A stretch of DNA of 64,000 nucleotides, from the sequence record MW373745.1, one strand, 5' to 3'. A program made the position numbers and the translations under genes. The notes under the pieces are model-generated. The model did no database searches and was not told the DNA's origin. It worked only from the letters and a program-made list of their open reading frames with translations. This document shows, one piece after another, positions 1 to 9,707 of this stretch (the stretch's first letter is position 1; each line of letters opens with the position of its first letter).

Positions 1-11
1 ACTAAAAACTT

Positions 12-530
12 AAGCATTTTTTATACTTTTTAATATTAGTTTAAGCTTTGCTTTAAGTTTTAAGCATATACTAGGATATAATACTATAGTATATACTACT
101 AAAAACCTTAGCATTTTTTATACTTTTTAATATTGTTTTAAGTTTTAAATCTAAACTAAAAATTTTGGTTTTAAAAACTCGAAAAAACTTTTTTAAAAAG
201 CTTTATATTATAATATATCATATTAAAGAGTAAAAATTTTTTTTAAAAAAATTTCAAGGACTTGGAATCCCACATTAAAATTCAAAACAAAACTTAAAGC
301 AAAGCTTAAACTAATATTAAAAAGTATAAAAAATGCTTGGGTTTTTAATAGTATATAACAATGCTATATATCCTAGCATATGCTTAAAACTCTTAAACTA
401 ATATTAAAAAGTATAAAAAATGCTTGGGTTTTTAATAGTATATAACAATGCTATATATCCTAGCATATGCTTAAAACTTAAAGCAATATTAAAAAGTATA
501 AAAAATGCTTGGCTTTTTAATAGTATATAA
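12..530. repeat. AT-rich repeat array; core AATATTAAAAAGTATAAAAAATGCTT, with copies in both orientations
   Basis: Forward cores start at 313, 400 and 485; reverse-complement cores lie at 12-37 and about 109-134; 12-60 is a perfect 49-bp inverted copy of 290-338. Confidence 0.95.
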
Positions 531-590
531 CAATGACTACATTTCAGTTAAAATTCAGTTATATTTTAATATAATACCGTAAGTATAAAA

Positions 591-598
591 AATAAATA
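591..598 (+). promoter_or_regulatory. Representative late-promoter motif AATAAATA (T4 TATAAATA-like)
   Basis: Also at 3009, 3895, 16756, 24813, 38415, 43524, 48868, 51865, 52662 and 54122 (+), and 24801, 36600, 37525 and 38381 (-), mostly before structural genes. Confidence 0.7.
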
Positions 599-629
599 CT
601 TGAATATAATATAACAAGCAAGGAAATAT

Positions 630-1133
630 ATGACTAGTAATAGCTATTCGCAATCTAGTAATTATAAAATATTTTTACCTTTTCTAGGCGATGAATGGAT
701 ATATGCTCAAAATATAGCATTACCGGGGTTTAGTCTGAACCCAAGTCAAGCCAACTTCGGCGGTAAAACTATTTATGTTGGTGGTGACCACATAGACTAT
801 GACCCAGTAACTGTAGGTTTCCTTGTGGGAGAAGATTTCAAAATATATACAAAATTAATCAAATATATTTTCGATAGAGTTCACCCAAATAATGGTAATA
901 TCGAACCATTAAAAGAATTTACTTGTGGTGTGGAAATAACCGACAATAAAGGAGAATCGTTAGTCAGTATGACTATGTATGGTTGTAAAATCACAAACTT
1001 AGGTGCTTTACAACTAATATCGAATGCTGATGATGCTGAACAAACTTTTGATCTTACCTTTAATTTCGATAATTTCGAATTGATCGATTATTTTGAATCT
1101 ATTAAATTAAAAGAAGCTGTTATAAAATCATAA
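630..1133 (+). CDS. Tail completion/sheath stabiliser, T4 gp3-like (tail-tube fold)
   Basis: Motifs AQNIALPGFS, GDHIDYDPVTVGFLVGEDFKIY and final FDLTFNFDNF; upstream AATAAATA at 591. Confidence 0.7.
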   Translation: MTSNSYSQSSNYKIFLPFLGDEWIYAQNIALPGFSLNPSQANFGGKTIYVGGDHIDYDPVTVGFLVGEDFKIYTKLIKYIFDRVHPNNGNIEPLKEFTCGVEITDNKGESLVSMTMYGCKITNLGALQLISNADDAEQTFDLTFNFDNFELIDYFESIKLKEAVIKS

Positions 1134-1142
1134 AGGGTTCTA

Positions 1143-1562
1143 ATGGAACAAGTAATAGAAGCAGAAATCGTTGAGTTCGATTCTGAGAAAGCTAAAATTA
1201 ATAAAGCTCAATTAAATCCAGATGAAATAATTCAATTGGATTTAGTAGTAGACGATTATAATAAATTAAGACAAATTATTTTAGCTAATGTAGCACAATT
1301 AAAAGTTATGAGTGACAACCTAGTTCAAGAAATGGAAATTGAAGGATATAACCCAGACTTAGTAACTGCTTATAGTAAACTAATTGAAACTTCAAACAAG
1401 TCTTTAAAAATTCTAACGGATTCTTATAAAGGGATATCTGATATTTTAATTAATATTAATAAAATTAATGCATTGCATCCAAGTACAGAAGTTAAAGAAG
1501 ATTTTGAAGTTATTTCAACAGCAGATGTTATTAAAAGAATTCGAGATTCAAAACAGGATTAA
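1143..1562 (+). CDS. Probable terminase small subunit (gp16-like)
   Basis: Helical pattern DYNKLR...PDLVTAYSKLIETSNKSLKIL and C-terminal STADVIKRI resemble T4-family gp16; size fits. Confidence 0.55.
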   Translation: MEQVIEAEIVEFDSEKAKINKAQLNPDEIIQLDLVVDDYNKLRQIILANVAQLKVMSDNLVQEMEIEGYNPDLVTAYSKLIETSNKSLKILTDSYKGISDILININKINALHPSTEVKEDFEVISTADVIKRIRDSKQD

Positions 1563-1599
1563 ATATTGAAAACAAAGTATTTCAGATAGGACAAATCAA

Positions 1600-2955
1600 A
1601 TGCCTTTAAGTGTAAATGAATTTATTAAGAAACCAAAATATTTTAAACCTTTTCTTAAGAAATTAGAAACAAATGATTTTTTATTAGAAGGTGATCTTGG
1701 TGTTTTTAGTTTTGATTTAAAAGATCCTACAAATATTAGATTATTTGAATTAATTAAAAGTATGAATGTCGATGCTGTAGAACTTTTGATATATGACAAA
1801 GATACTAAAAAATATAAAAACTTTAAAGGTTCTATTAATGGAAAGAAAGGTGAAGCACCTTTTAGTAAAATTCATAAATCTAATGTATCTGGTATCACAT
1901 TAAAAGGTCAAAAAAGTGACAACAAAGACGACTTAGCAGAGTGTGGCGTTGTATACTATTTAGATATGTTTTTAAATACTAAATTAACCGATATTAAATT
2001 CTATAATGAAACTCAAGTTAAAAATACTAGGACTAAGACGCCATTAGATTCTGTTAAAACATTTTTATTTGAAAATCCAGATTGGGATAAAGCTTGTAAA
2101 GATGCATCTAAATGTATTCTAAATGAAATTATTTTAAAACAAAACCTTAGAAATTATGAATTTCACCACAAAACTGATGTTTTTAATGATCTTAAAAAGC
2201 AAGGTAAACAATTAACTAAATTAGCAGAGGATAAATGGAATCCTGGAGATTTCTTTTTGGTTAAACCTACATATAAAATCAAATCATACAAAACTTATCA
2301 AGAACTTAACAAAGAAATTAATGATTTTGATAATATAATACCTATAAGTCTTAAGAAATCTGCTAAAGAAGCTTTAGGTGGTTCCTATGCTTTGAATAAT
2401 TTATCAGGTAATTATGGTTTACCAAATTTTAAAAGTATTAAATATAAATCATTCGATAATAATTTTTTTAATTTTTTTAAAGAATGTATGGTTGAATTAA
2501 AGAAGCATAAAAATTCAGATATCATTAGAGTTAGAACTAATAACATTAACTTAGCTGACATTTATGATGAAATTGCCAGCAATGCTAAAGCTGCTAATTT
2601 TTTCGAAGGGTTTCCACCGAGTTTAGCATTTATATCTATGAGTTCAAAATATTTTAATGATATTATATTTGAAGTTGTTTGTAATTGTTTAAGTAGATCT
2701 CTATTAAGTTCTAATTTTTATAAAGTTTCAGGAAATCATTTAGAAGTATTTGATACATTGCCTTCAGATTTAAAAATCGAATACTGTGTTGTCTCCTGTG
2801 ATGGTAATGCTGATATCAAATGGAATATTAAAATAGACGGTAAATTATGGAAATTGCAATTAAGATCTAAAGGTTCTTTACCACAATTTATGTTGGTACC
2901 TCAACCGGTAAGTGCTTCAAGTCAAGACAAAAAAATTCAAGCTATTAATGTTTAA
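1600..2955 (+). CDS. Hypothetical protein, possible PD-(D/E)xK nuclease fold
   Basis: DKWNPGDFFL...IIPISLKK motif pair. Confidence 0.4.
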   Translation: MPLSVNEFIKKPKYFKPFLKKLETNDFLLEGDLGVFSFDLKDPTNIRLFELIKSMNVDAVELLIYDKDTKKYKNFKGSINGKKGEAPFSKIHKSNVSGITLKGQKSDNKDDLAECGVVYYLDMFLNTKLTDIKFYNETQVKNTRTKTPLDSVKTFLFENPDWDKACKDASKCILNEIILKQNLRNYEFHHKTDVFNDLKKQGKQLTKLAEDKWNPGDFFLVKPTYKIKSYKTYQELNKEINDFDNIIPISLKKSAKEALGGSYALNNLSGNYGLPNFKSIKYKSFDNNFFNFFKECMVELKKHKNSDIIRVRTNNINLADIYDEIASNAKAANFFEGFPPSLAFISMSSKYFNDIIFEVVCNCLSRSLLSSNFYKVSGNHLEVFDTLPSDLKIEYCVVSCDGNADIKWNIKIDGKLWKLQLRSKGSLPQFMLVPQPVSASSQDKKIQAINV

Positions 2956-3032
2956 AAATCTACACTCGAGTGTTAGATCTAGCACTATATTTAGTATCCA
3001 AATAAGTGAATAAATACATAAAAAGGATCATA

Positions 3033-3545
3033 ATGGCAAAATTAATCTTACAAAGAATACAAGAATGTACCAATGTTAGAAAACTAAGTAAAGAAAAAAT
3101 CGAAGGATCTACATTATCTGATTTAATATTATATGATGACAATGGTCAAATTCTTTGGAAAGGTGCTGCTTGTGAAAATGCCGGACCAAGCACAGAAGAA
3201 TCAGGAACTGATAAACGTATAACAGCAGGTTCTTATAAATTAGAATGGTGTGCTAGTTCTAAAAATGTTGGATTAGCTAAAAAATACCCACAATGGTATA
3301 ATAAAGATCGATCAACCATAGCAATTTGGGTTAAAAGACCAAACGATGCTAATTTTAACAATAGATTAATCAGAATACATATTGGAAATTACCCACAAGA
3401 TACAGAAGGTTGTATTTTACCTGGTAAAACCAGAGGTGCTGGCATTGTTTCTAGTTCAGCAGATGCTTGCAACGAACTCTATACTAAAATAAAAGAAATT
3501 GGAATTAAAACTGTAGATTTTATTATTAAAGAAATTGAAGCTTAA
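3033..3545 (+). CDS. DUF5675 / L,D-peptidase-like protein, candidate cell-wall hydrolase
   Basis: ITAGSYKL...IRIHIGNYPQDTEGCILPG; ATG at 3033 follows AAGGA, preferred over the GTG at 3006. Confidence 0.6.
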   Translation: MAKLILQRIQECTNVRKLSKEKIEGSTLSDLILYDDNGQILWKGAACENAGPSTEESGTDKRITAGSYKLEWCASSKNVGLAKKYPQWYNKDRSTIAIWVKRPNDANFNNRLIRIHIGNYPQDTEGCILPGKTRGAGIVSSSADACNELYTKIKEIGIKTVDFIIKEIEA

Positions 3546-3553
3546 GGATTAAA

Positions 3554-3895
3554 ATGAGGGGGTTAGTTTATAAATCACCACTTAAAGTTGATTTAGATTT
3601 AGCAGAATCTTATAAAGGTAATATATTCTTATATAACGAACCAATAAAAAATGATCCAGAATATAGCATACAAGATTCTATTAATTTGGTATCTAAACCA
3701 GATCCCGCAACTTTTAGTGAATCAATATCTTTAGATGATACTAACCACTTCAATATTGATTTCAATTTTAACGAAACAGCGATATTAAGAGAATCTGTCT
3801 TTGATATAACTTCTGAGACTATTGATTCTGATTTTAGTAGAGATCCAGAGCCTGTAGATCCTGGATTTAACTCTGATTCAAAACCAAGTGTATAA
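3554..3895 (+). CDS. Hypothetical acidic protein
   Basis: ORF with AAGGA RBS, within a late operon. Confidence 0.5.
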   Translation: MRGLVYKSPLKVDLDLAESYKGNIFLYNEPIKNDPEYSIQDSINLVSKPDPATFSESISLDDTNHFNIDFNFNETAILRESVFDITSETIDSDFSRDPEPVDPGFNSDSKPSV

Positions 3896-3923
3896 ATAAA
3901 TACAAAAAAAACAAGGATTTTAA

Positions 3924-4670
3924 ATGTCAGATAAGTTAAAATTACTTTATGAATATCACGATGCTAATGTACTTATCGAAGAATCAGTTAACGACAAAAA
4001 AGAAAAAGTTAAAAAATATAAAATTGCTGGTATTTTTTCAACAATAGGTGAAAAAAACCGTAACGGTAGAATTTACCCAAAAGAACTCTGGGAAAGTAAT
4101 GTTAAAAAATACCAAGACGTTATAAAAAGCGGTTCTATTAATAGACTTTGTGAGTGGGAACATCCTGAAAGAGGTACAGTTGATCCTATGGAAGCAGTTG
4201 CTGCCATCAATAAACTTGAAATCAACGGCAAGTATGTTATGGGTGAAGCTACATTGTTAGATAATCCAAGAGCTAACCAATTAAAATCCTTAATAGATAA
4301 TGGTATTAAATTGTCTGTATCTAGTAGAGGTTCTGGCAGAGTTAAAAATGGTATTGTCGAATCATTTGATTTAATTACATATGATTTAGTATCTGCACCA
4401 AGCGATTATAATGCTACTATGGAAGGAACATCTATATATGAATCACAAAAAGAATTTGTAATGGTGGATGGTAAATTAGTAGAATCTAAAGATTCTGACA
4501 GTGCTAAAGATTCTGACAGCGATAGCAAAGCTGATACTAAAGATTCGAAAGATTCTGATTCAAACGATTCTAAAGATAATACTGAAGATTCGAAACTAAA
4601 AGAATCTATTCTTAAAGAACATTTCTTAGAGTTTATTGAAATACTTAAGAACAAAAATAAAAACAAATAA
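3924..4670 (+). CDS. Prohead core protease (gp21) with acidic D/S/K tail
   Basis: KNRNGRIYP, EWEHP, VSSRGSG and DLVSAPS motifs. Confidence 0.92.
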   Translation: MSDKLKLLYEYHDANVLIEESVNDKKEKVKKYKIAGIFSTIGEKNRNGRIYPKELWESNVKKYQDVIKSGSINRLCEWEHPERGTVDPMEAVAAINKLEINGKYVMGEATLLDNPRANQLKSLIDNGIKLSVSSRGSGRVKNGIVESFDLITYDLVSAPSDYNATMEGTSIYESQKEFVMVDGKLVESKDSDSAKDSDSDSKADTKDSKDSDSNDSKDNTEDSKLKESILKEHFLEFIEILKNKNKNK

Positions 4671-4690
4671 TCTATAACAGGAGTTAAAAA

Positions 4691-4897
4691 ATGTATGACG
4701 ATATTGTAAAGAATGTAATTCAAAATAAAGGGCTGGCTCAAGCAAGTAATGATTTCAGAGCTATTCTAATTGATAAGTTCGACTATATGCCAGAAATTAG
4801 ATCAAGACTAGCTTCTATTGAAAAATATAGGGATATGAGAGCTTCACAATTTTCTGCAAATAATGCATATAACCCAGATCGAGATTCGATTTCTTAA
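4691..4897 (+). CDS. Small hypothetical protein, possibly a prohead core accessory
   Basis: ORF with AGGAG RBS directly after gp21. Confidence 0.4.
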   Translation: MYDDIVKNVIQNKGLAQASNDFRAILIDKFDYMPEIRSRLASIEKYRDMRASQFSANNAYNPDRDSIS

Positions 4898-5040
4898 ACA
4901 TTTAAAATCCAAATTTTACTCGAGAGCTAACATTTTAAAATACTAAAATATTAGCTCTTCAGCTTCAAATTTCAAACCATAATCAGTTAATTTTAATATA
5001 TAATATAATATAATAAAACAAAATCATAAAAAGATTTATA

Positions 5041-5544
5041 ATGTTAAGCAAAGAAGAAATAAAATATTTTCAAACACATAAAAATGAAATAACAGACGAA
5101 CTCTTAGAAACAATTAGAGCTCAAGGAAAACTAGGAAAAGCACAAGCCTTAGAAATCTTAGATTTACCTAAAGACTCTGATAACTATTACTTAGATGCGT
5201 ATAATACGAGAATTAGTTATAATGGGTCTCGTGGTCTTAAAAAAGCTTACACAAAATTAAACTTAAGTCCGATACATATCAGCGAGCTTGAAAAATGTGC
5301 GAATGATCCACTTTATTTCTTAAGAAATTATGTGCGAATGACTACACCAAAAGGTTTTGATTTCGTAGATTCTAGGCCATACCAGGATGAATTTATACAA
5401 TTGCTGAGCGACGATTCTATCGAAAACGTGATATCAATGCAGCCTCGTCAATGCATTGAAGCAAATACTAAAATAAATGTAAATGGTAATGAAACTACTA
5501 TTATTGAATTATTTGAGGAGTGTAAGCGTGGTAGTGAATCGTAA
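5041..5544 (+). CDS. terL: Terminase large subunit N-terminal fragment fused to 30-aa split-intein IntN
   Basis: ELEKCANDPLYF...RPYQ...QPRQ followed by CIEANTKINV (intein block A, Cys1 at 5452). Confidence 0.9.
   Translation: MLSKEEIKYFQTHKNEITDELLETIRAQGKLGKAQALEILDLPKDSDNYYLDAYNTRISYNGSRGLKKAYTKLNLSPIHISELEKCANDPLYFLRNYVRMTTPKGFDFVDSRPYQDEFIQLLSDDSIENVISMQPRQCIEANTKINVNGNETTIIELFEECKRGSES
5452..5541 (+). other. Split intein N-fragment (IntN, 30 aa)
   Basis: Starts with Cys right after the half Walker A PRQ; ORF stops 30 codons later. Confidence 0.85.
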
Positions 5545-6679
5545 AAAATTTAATTGCACCTATGTTTGTAAAATAGAACGCGCTTATATAATAAATTATA
5601 CAGGTACTATACTCAAACATAATACACAATCAATTTTAATTCCATACGAAGATTTAAGTAAGTTACAAACAAAAATAAACACTAAAGTAACTCCAGAAAA
5701 TATATTAAAATCTCTAGGGCTTAGTGGTGTGAAATTAACACGGAATCAACAAAATAACTTAATGGAGATATACCACACAAGACGTATAAATCGCGAATTT
5801 TTACCTATTAATTTATTAAAAATTTTAATGACTCGTGATGTCACGAACATATTAAAAAGAATAAGACTTTTAAACAACATAAATGGTAGTGGTACGCTTG
5901 CATATTTAATATTACAATTTGGTTTGACTGAAGGTATTTACCGTTATAATAACTCGTTGTTTAAGGTTAATAACCCTGGGTTTAATCACCAAGGTTTGTA
6001 TTCAGCAAATTCTAAGAATTTTATTAAGTATAAGGGATTAACTGAAACTGAAATTGAAAATAAAATTAATGATGTACGTGTGAAATCTCACCAAACGAAA
6101 CAAAAACACCCCGAAAATGAAAATGCGCGTTATGAATATTATGTCAAATTATATGGGGATAATGATATAGCAAAACAAAAGTATTACGAACGCTGTAACA
6201 CAAGGTCTTTAAATATGTTTATATATAGATATGGCGTTGAAGAAGGTACTAAAAGGTTTAATAACACAGTTCAAAAATGGTTAACAACCCTAAATAATAA
6301 GTCTACAGAAGAAAAGATTAGAATAAACAGAGCCAAAGCTTCTAATATTGATTCTAAATATAAACCAGGTGGTGAACTACATAATACTAAGGGCTTATGT
6401 TATTATGTCAAATTTTTTGATAATAATATTACATTTTATAAAATAGGTATTACTAAAAGATCTGTAGATGGTAGATTTGGTAAGTTTTTTATTAAAGGTA
6501 TGCAATATATAATTATAGACATATACGAAGATTTAATATATGAATGCTTTAAAAAAGAACAAAATATTTTAAAATCATTTGATAGCAATAGAATTAATAT
6601 AATAAGAAATAACAGATTATTTACTACCGAAGCGTTCGATATAGATGTATTGAAAGGTGATAAAATTGAAAATTATTGA
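5528..6679 (+). CDS. Free-standing homing endonuclease, GIY-YIG/T5orf172-like, between the terL halves
   Basis: C-terminal CYYVKF...YKIGIT...RF...KKEQNIL; repeated (Y/F)GxxEGxxR(Y/F) motifs; GTG at 5528 with GAGGAG at 5515-5520 (ORF track start 5483). Confidence 0.7.
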   Translation: MVVNRKKFNCTYVCKIERAYIINYTGTILKHNTQSILIPYEDLSKLQTKINTKVTPENILKSLGLSGVKLTRNQQNNLMEIYHTRRINREFLPINLLKILMTRDVTNILKRIRLLNNINGSGTLAYLILQFGLTEGIYRYNNSLFKVNNPGFNHQGLYSANSKNFIKYKGLTETEIENKINDVRVKSHQTKQKHPENENARYEYYVKLYGDNDIAKQKYYERCNTRSLNMFIYRYGVEEGTKRFNNTVQKWLTTLNNKSTEEKIRINRAKASNIDSKYKPGGELHNTKGLCYYVKFFDNNITFYKIGITKRSVDGRFGKFFIKGMQYIIIDIYEDLIYECFKKEQNILKSFDSNRINIIRNNRLFTTEAFDIDVLKGDKIENY

Positions 6680-6998
6680 AAGTTATGAATGTAAAGACAA
6701 ATATGTAGAAACGCCTATAGGTAAAGTCAAAATTCTCGAAGTCCATAAAACTATTAAATACAATATTTTTGAGATAGAAACCGAAAATGGATTCAAGTTA
6801 CAAGCATCTGAATTACACGTATTAATAGACGAAAATGATAACGAATTATATGTTAGAGATTGTTTAAATAAGGTAATTAAAACAAAATCAGGACCTTCTA
6901 AAATAATATCTAAAACATTTATAAAATATGATCATTGTTATGATTTAACTTTAGAGCATTATCACCTTTATTACACCAATGGTGTTTTAAGTCATAAT
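6657..6998 (+). other. Split intein C-fragment (IntC, about 114 aa)
   Basis: Block B-like ASELH; block F/G YDLT...SHN; +1 residue Ser at 6999. Confidence 0.85.
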
Positions 6999-8387
6999 TC
7001 ATCTAAATCAACTACAACAAGTGTAAAACTTGCGCATTTATACTGTTTTAAGAAAGATATCAACATAGGCATAGTTGCTTACAGTGGTAACTCGGCACGA
7101 GAGTTCTTAGACAAAACAAAGAAAATGTTGATAGGCTTACCAATATGGATGCAGCCCGGAACAGTTACTTGGAATAAAGGTTCAATAGAATGTGAAAATA
7201 ATATAAAGATTTTAACGGACGTACCAAGTTCGGACGCATTCCGTGGAACGTCCACAAATATAATCGTTGTAGATGAATGTGCATATTTAGATCCTGCGGG
7301 CTGGATAGATTTCACTGACGGTGTTTTACCATCACAAGCCGGCTTAGCTTTCAAAAAATTAGTCATTTTATCTACACCTAAAGGTAAGAATCATTTTTAC
7401 GATATTTGGCAGGGTGCTGGTGACACTTTAGAAACTTCTATTAATGGATTTGTAAGACATAGGGTAGATTGGAGATTAGTACCAAGGTTTAAATCTGACG
7501 GTACTAAGTATGATCCTGAAGAATTCAAGCAACAACAAATTAAAACCGGTGGTTTAGTTGTTTGGAATTCTGCATACGAATGCAAATTTGAAGGTTCTGC
7601 GATGACATTGATACCTAGTGAAATATTAGATACTTATAAACCACAAGAACCAATAGAAGTTGATAATATTAAGGATTCTAAAATACTAATATACGAAGAA
7701 CCAATACCCGGACATAAATACGTTATGGGTGTTGATACTGCTAAAGAAGGTGCTGATTTTACAGGAGTCCAAATATTTGATACTACAGATTTAAATTTCA
7801 GACAAGTAGCATCAGCAAAACTTAAAATAGATTATATGTTATTACCAGAGTTACTCAATGAGTATGGTTTAAGGTTCAATCAAGCTTTAATAATTGTAGA
7901 AAATAATGAAGGCTCTGGTCAAGTGGTTGCTGATATTCTCAAAAGAGATTATGAATATGAAAACTTATATTATGACGTCAATAAACAAAAACAAAGATTA
8001 AAATATCCTGGGTTCAGAACTACAAAATTATCAAGGGATGTTATTTTACAAACTGTATCAACGTTAGCACAAGCTAATAAATTATTATTAGTGGACAAAG
8101 AAACTATTAAGGAGTTTGGGGTATTTACATTAAATGATAATGGTAAGTACCAAGCAGCTGTGGGATATCACGATGATTTAGTAATGTCTTGTTGTTTATG
8201 TTTTGGTATTTTTACAAATGTTAAGAACTTTGAAGATATGAAAGAAATTGTAGATTCTTTAAAAAGTTCCGAAGGAAAAAGTTTTGAGTATCTAACATTT
8301 GGAGCTTTTGCAGATGGTCTAGGTACAGAGCCAGATTCTAATACTGATAATAAGGATTTGAATCTCAGTAATTTGGAATATTATTAA
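6657..8387 (+). CDS. terL: Split-intein IntC fused to the terminase large subunit C-terminal part (ATPase + nuclease)
   Basis: YDLTL...YYTNGVLSHN|S, then SKSTT completing Walker A; IIVVDE Walker B; GVDTA and HDDLV nuclease motifs. Confidence 0.92.
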   Translation: MIKLKIIESYECKDKYVETPIGKVKILEVHKTIKYNIFEIETENGFKLQASELHVLIDENDNELYVRDCLNKVIKTKSGPSKIISKTFIKYDHCYDLTLEHYHLYYTNGVLSHNSSKSTTTSVKLAHLYCFKKDINIGIVAYSGNSAREFLDKTKKMLIGLPIWMQPGTVTWNKGSIECENNIKILTDVPSSDAFRGTSTNIIVVDECAYLDPAGWIDFTDGVLPSQAGLAFKKLVILSTPKGKNHFYDIWQGAGDTLETSINGFVRHRVDWRLVPRFKSDGTKYDPEEFKQQQIKTGGLVVWNSAYECKFEGSAMTLIPSEILDTYKPQEPIEVDNIKDSKILIYEEPIPGHKYVMGVDTAKEGADFTGVQIFDTTDLNFRQVASAKLKIDYMLLPELLNEYGLRFNQALIIVENNEGSGQVVADILKRDYEYENLYYDVNKQKQRLKYPGFRTTKLSRDVILQTVSTLAQANKLLLVDKETIKEFGVFTLNDNGKYQAAVGYHDDLVMSCCLCFGIFTNVKNFEDMKEIVDSLKSSEGKSFEYLTFGAFADGLGTEPDSNTDNKDLNLSNLEYY

Positions 8388-8402
8388 AATTTTGGATTCT
8401 AA

Positions 8403-9143
8403 ATGAAAGAATATATTAAATACAACGATAGAAAATTTACTTTAACAGCTTACAAAGTTAAAACTGAAAGAGATTTATTATTAACTGCAAGCTCAGATGA
8501 TACTGTATGCAGTAAAGATCTAAATGATTTAAACTTAGACATTTACTTAAGAATCTTAGAACCTTATATAGATTCTAATATAAACATTTATGATTTATAT
8601 CCGGAAGAAAAATTATTTTTACTTTATAGATTAAGAGCAACTTCAGTTTCTGACCAATTATCTTTAAATACTAGGTGTGATTGTGGTTGTACTTTTAAAT
8701 CTAACATAGATTTAGGAAAAATTGGAGATCTCCATAGTATTGATACAAATACATACCCAGATTTGAAAGACGTTTATAGCCCAAATTTAACCGACATATA
8801 CAGTGATTCTTACTTAGAATCTAATATTGTGGATTGTGATTCTGAATTAGATATGTATTTAGAAGCTAATACTACTAAATTTAACTTTATTAAAGTTGTT
8901 AAATGTTATAATTGTAAGAAAGATCTTGAAATTGATTTAACAAACCCAGAAATATATAAAAATATATTTTCAGAGAATCCTATAGGTGAGTTCTACAAAA
9001 GTTTGACAAGATTATCATTTCTAGGTAAGTTTACCATAGATGGTATTTTAAATGATTTATATCCATTTGAAAGAGAAATCTTTATAAGTTTAATAAATGA
9101 TGAAGTAGAAGAACAAAATAAAGCACTTAAAAAACAATCTTAG
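8403..9143 (+). CDS. Baseplate hub protein, gp26-like with a gp51-like C-terminus
   Basis: LFLLYRLRATSV...CDCG; C-terminal LYPFEREIFISLI. Confidence 0.6.
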   Translation: MKEYIKYNDRKFTLTAYKVKTERDLLLTASSDDTVCSKDLNDLNLDIYLRILEPYIDSNINIYDLYPEEKLFLLYRLRATSVSDQLSLNTRCDCGCTFKSNIDLGKIGDLHSIDTNTYPDLKDVYSPNLTDIYSDSYLESNIVDCDSELDMYLEANTTKFNFIKVVKCYNCKKDLEIDLTNPEIYKNIFSENPIGEFYKSLTRLSFLGKFTIDGILNDLYPFEREIFISLINDEVEEQNKALKKQS

Positions 9144-9163
9144 TCTTTAAGTGCTTGTGTGAG

Positions 9164-9595
9164 TTACTTTGTATGGTTTTTATCTAATCTACTCTTAATA
9201 CTTTCATTGATTTCAACAGTTATTTCAGATTTTAAGTCATTCTTGACTTCTGACTTAACTTCAGATTTTACATCATCCTTAATATCATCCTTAATATCAT
9301 TCTTAATATTTTCAGCAAGTTTAGCTAAATCTTTATTTTTTTGTTTTTCTTTGAGCTGATCAATAATAACTTCTGGTTTTTTAGAACAACCAATTAAACT
9401 ACCATTAAGATCTTGTTGTGGTGTTACATAATTTCCCGTCGATAAGTATAAAACACCGTCTACACAAACTTGATTAATTCTGGAATCCGAAGTTCCACGA
9501 ACTTCTTTGCCTGTTTTATCGCTGGAATAATCAGATCCACACCCTATTATAAACAAAGCTAACAAAGCTATAACGAAACATTTTAGATTCTTCAT
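9164..9595 (-). CDS. Lipoprotein with KDDI/KSEV repeat tail
   Basis: Signal peptide plus lipobox IIG-C; 12-bp repeats. Confidence 0.65.
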   Translation of the reverse strand: MKNLKCFVIALLALFIIGCGSDYSSDKTGKEVRGTSDSRINQVCVDGVLYLSTGNYVTPQQDLNGSLIGCSKKPEVIIDQLKEKQKNKDLAKLAENIKNDIKDDIKDDVKSEVKSEVKNDLKSEITVEINESIKSRLDKNHTK

Positions 9596-9665
9596 AGACC
9601 CTCTTTTAATATTATTTATGATTTTATGATTTTTGATTTAAAACTTTAGTTTTGAATTAAGAATG

Positions 9666-9689
9666 TTTTAAGATATTTTATAATATAAT
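9666..9689 (+). promoter_or_regulatory. Representative TTTAAG-N11-TATAAT promoter
   Basis: Same 11-nt spacer with TATAAT at 9684, 9953, 17450, 18937, 19259, 30132, 31033, 42124, 49957, 60989, 62121 and 63517; variants at 570 and 14556. Confidence 0.8.
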
Positions 9690-9707
9690 TACTCAAAGGA
9701 GATTGAA

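Noticed and set aside
5483-5527. Track start for the endonuclease ORF
   Set aside because: GTG at 5528 has a GAGGAG RBS; 5483 has none
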